In this document: piece by piece, positions 63,052-64,000 of the stretch
Numbering within the stretch: position 1 is the first letter of the stretch
Layout of the letters: every line of letters begins with the position of its first letter
Source of the DNA: the human T2T-CHM13v2.0 reference genome, Homo sapiens
Reading direction: 5' to 3' (one strand)
Assembly: GCF_009914755.1 (NCBI RefSeq)
Contig: NC_060925.1
Length of the DNA: 64,000 nucleotides
Notes under the pieces: model-generated
Told to the model about the DNA's origin: nothing
What the model saw: the letters and a program-made list of their open reading frames with translations, nothing else
The model's database searches: none
Position numbers and translations under genes: made by a program

Positions 63052-63414
63052 TGTTAAAGTAAATTTAATGTGGCCCAAAACTGCCTAGGTAGGTAGGGTA
63101 CTTAACCTAATATATAAACAAACCGCAACCTAACCTGAGAGTGTATTCATGTAACAAGTAGCTGAGTCTTGACCAATCATAGCAGCCATGCTTTCAGTCA
63201 ATCGCAGGCTGCAAATTGCCAAAACATGTTCCTGTAAGGCAAATGCCAGCTGTAACCAATCAAGCTATTTTTGTCTCTAAATACTGACAGTCCAATATTT
63301 CTATTGGAGATCTCTAAATCTTTACTAATTCAGGGTGCTGACTTATTCATGAATGGTTTCTTTGCTCAAATAAATTCAACTAAATTTAATTTGTTCAAGG
63401 TTTTACTTTTAACA
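63052..63414 (+). mobile_element. MER57-like ERV1 solo LTR
   Basis: TGTTAAA...TTTAACA termini, 4-bp TSD ATAG, several CCAAT boxes, AATAAA near the 3' end. Confidence 0.85.
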
Positions 63415-63614
63415 ATAGAAACATTAAACTCTTACACAAACATCACACGGGATTATGGCTACATCATGGCTCAGTTTGATAGAATTGAAGACCAAAACTA
63501 TCCAATCCAATGCAAATTTTAATTAGTGTATATAACAAATTGGCACTGTGATAAGCACTGGGAATACAGATAGATGGATCAACTTCATTCCCTTCTCTCT
63601 TTTAAGCTGACATG

Positions 63615-63830
63615 TACTAAGTAATTACTGCGTGCTAGGTACTGTGCTAAGTACTTTCCGTTCATTATCTCATTTAATTTTTACAACTGTCTGAGGTTGG
63701 CACTATTGTTAAGCCCATTTTACAGATGAGGAAACTGAGGTTCAGGAAAATTATATAACCATTTGTGGTTTTAGATCTAGTAAATGGCCTGAATGGGCTT
63801 TGAATCCAGGTATCTGGCTCTACACATAAC
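63615..63830 (-). mobile_element. MIR
   Basis: cccattttacagatgaggaaactgaggttcag core. Confidence 0.75.
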
Positions 63831-64000
63831 CTGAGTCAATCATGAACCATTTTTGACTTGGGAAGGTGGAAATTTTATATGGCCAATCTAATATTAAGTT
63901 GTTCCTTTGGGATAAGGGAACTTGTAGATTGAGGAAGCACCAGGAATGCATTATGCAAAGTATAAATTGAGGGAAATAATAGTAAAACACCATGAGGTGG

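Overview
Human (or very closely related primate) genomic DNA containing two complete, convergent metabolic genes. On the + strand is PHGDH (D-3-phosphoglycerate dehydrogenase): 12 coding exons, ATG 3263 to TAA 35285, 1602 nt, 533 aa, with a CpG-island promoter. On the - strand is HMGCS2 (mitochondrial HMG-CoA synthase): 9 coding exons plus a non-coding last exon, ATG 60077 to TAA 42051, 1527 nt, 508 aa, with a TATA/GC-box/PPRE promoter. All exon junctions were read from the sequence, are GT-AG and keep phase. The rest is intronic or intergenic DNA with Alus, L1/L2/MIR fragments, two ERV1-type solo LTRs, hAT-type MER relics and microsatellites. Nearly all ORF-track entries are chance or repeat-derived frames. 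I found no novel multi-gene system. The best second-look items are small: a perfect 20-bp hairpin in PHGDH intron 3, a retroposed 5' half of tRNA-Gly(TCC) in intron 2, an alternative last-exon acceptor giving an NMD-immune alternative C-terminus, a CTCF motif just after the PHGDH poly(A) signal, a uORF, ATF4-type CARE motifs either side of a young L1PA insertion, and a (UG)17 tract at the HMGCS2 exon 7 acceptor. Repeat subfamily names are from recognition, not from a search.
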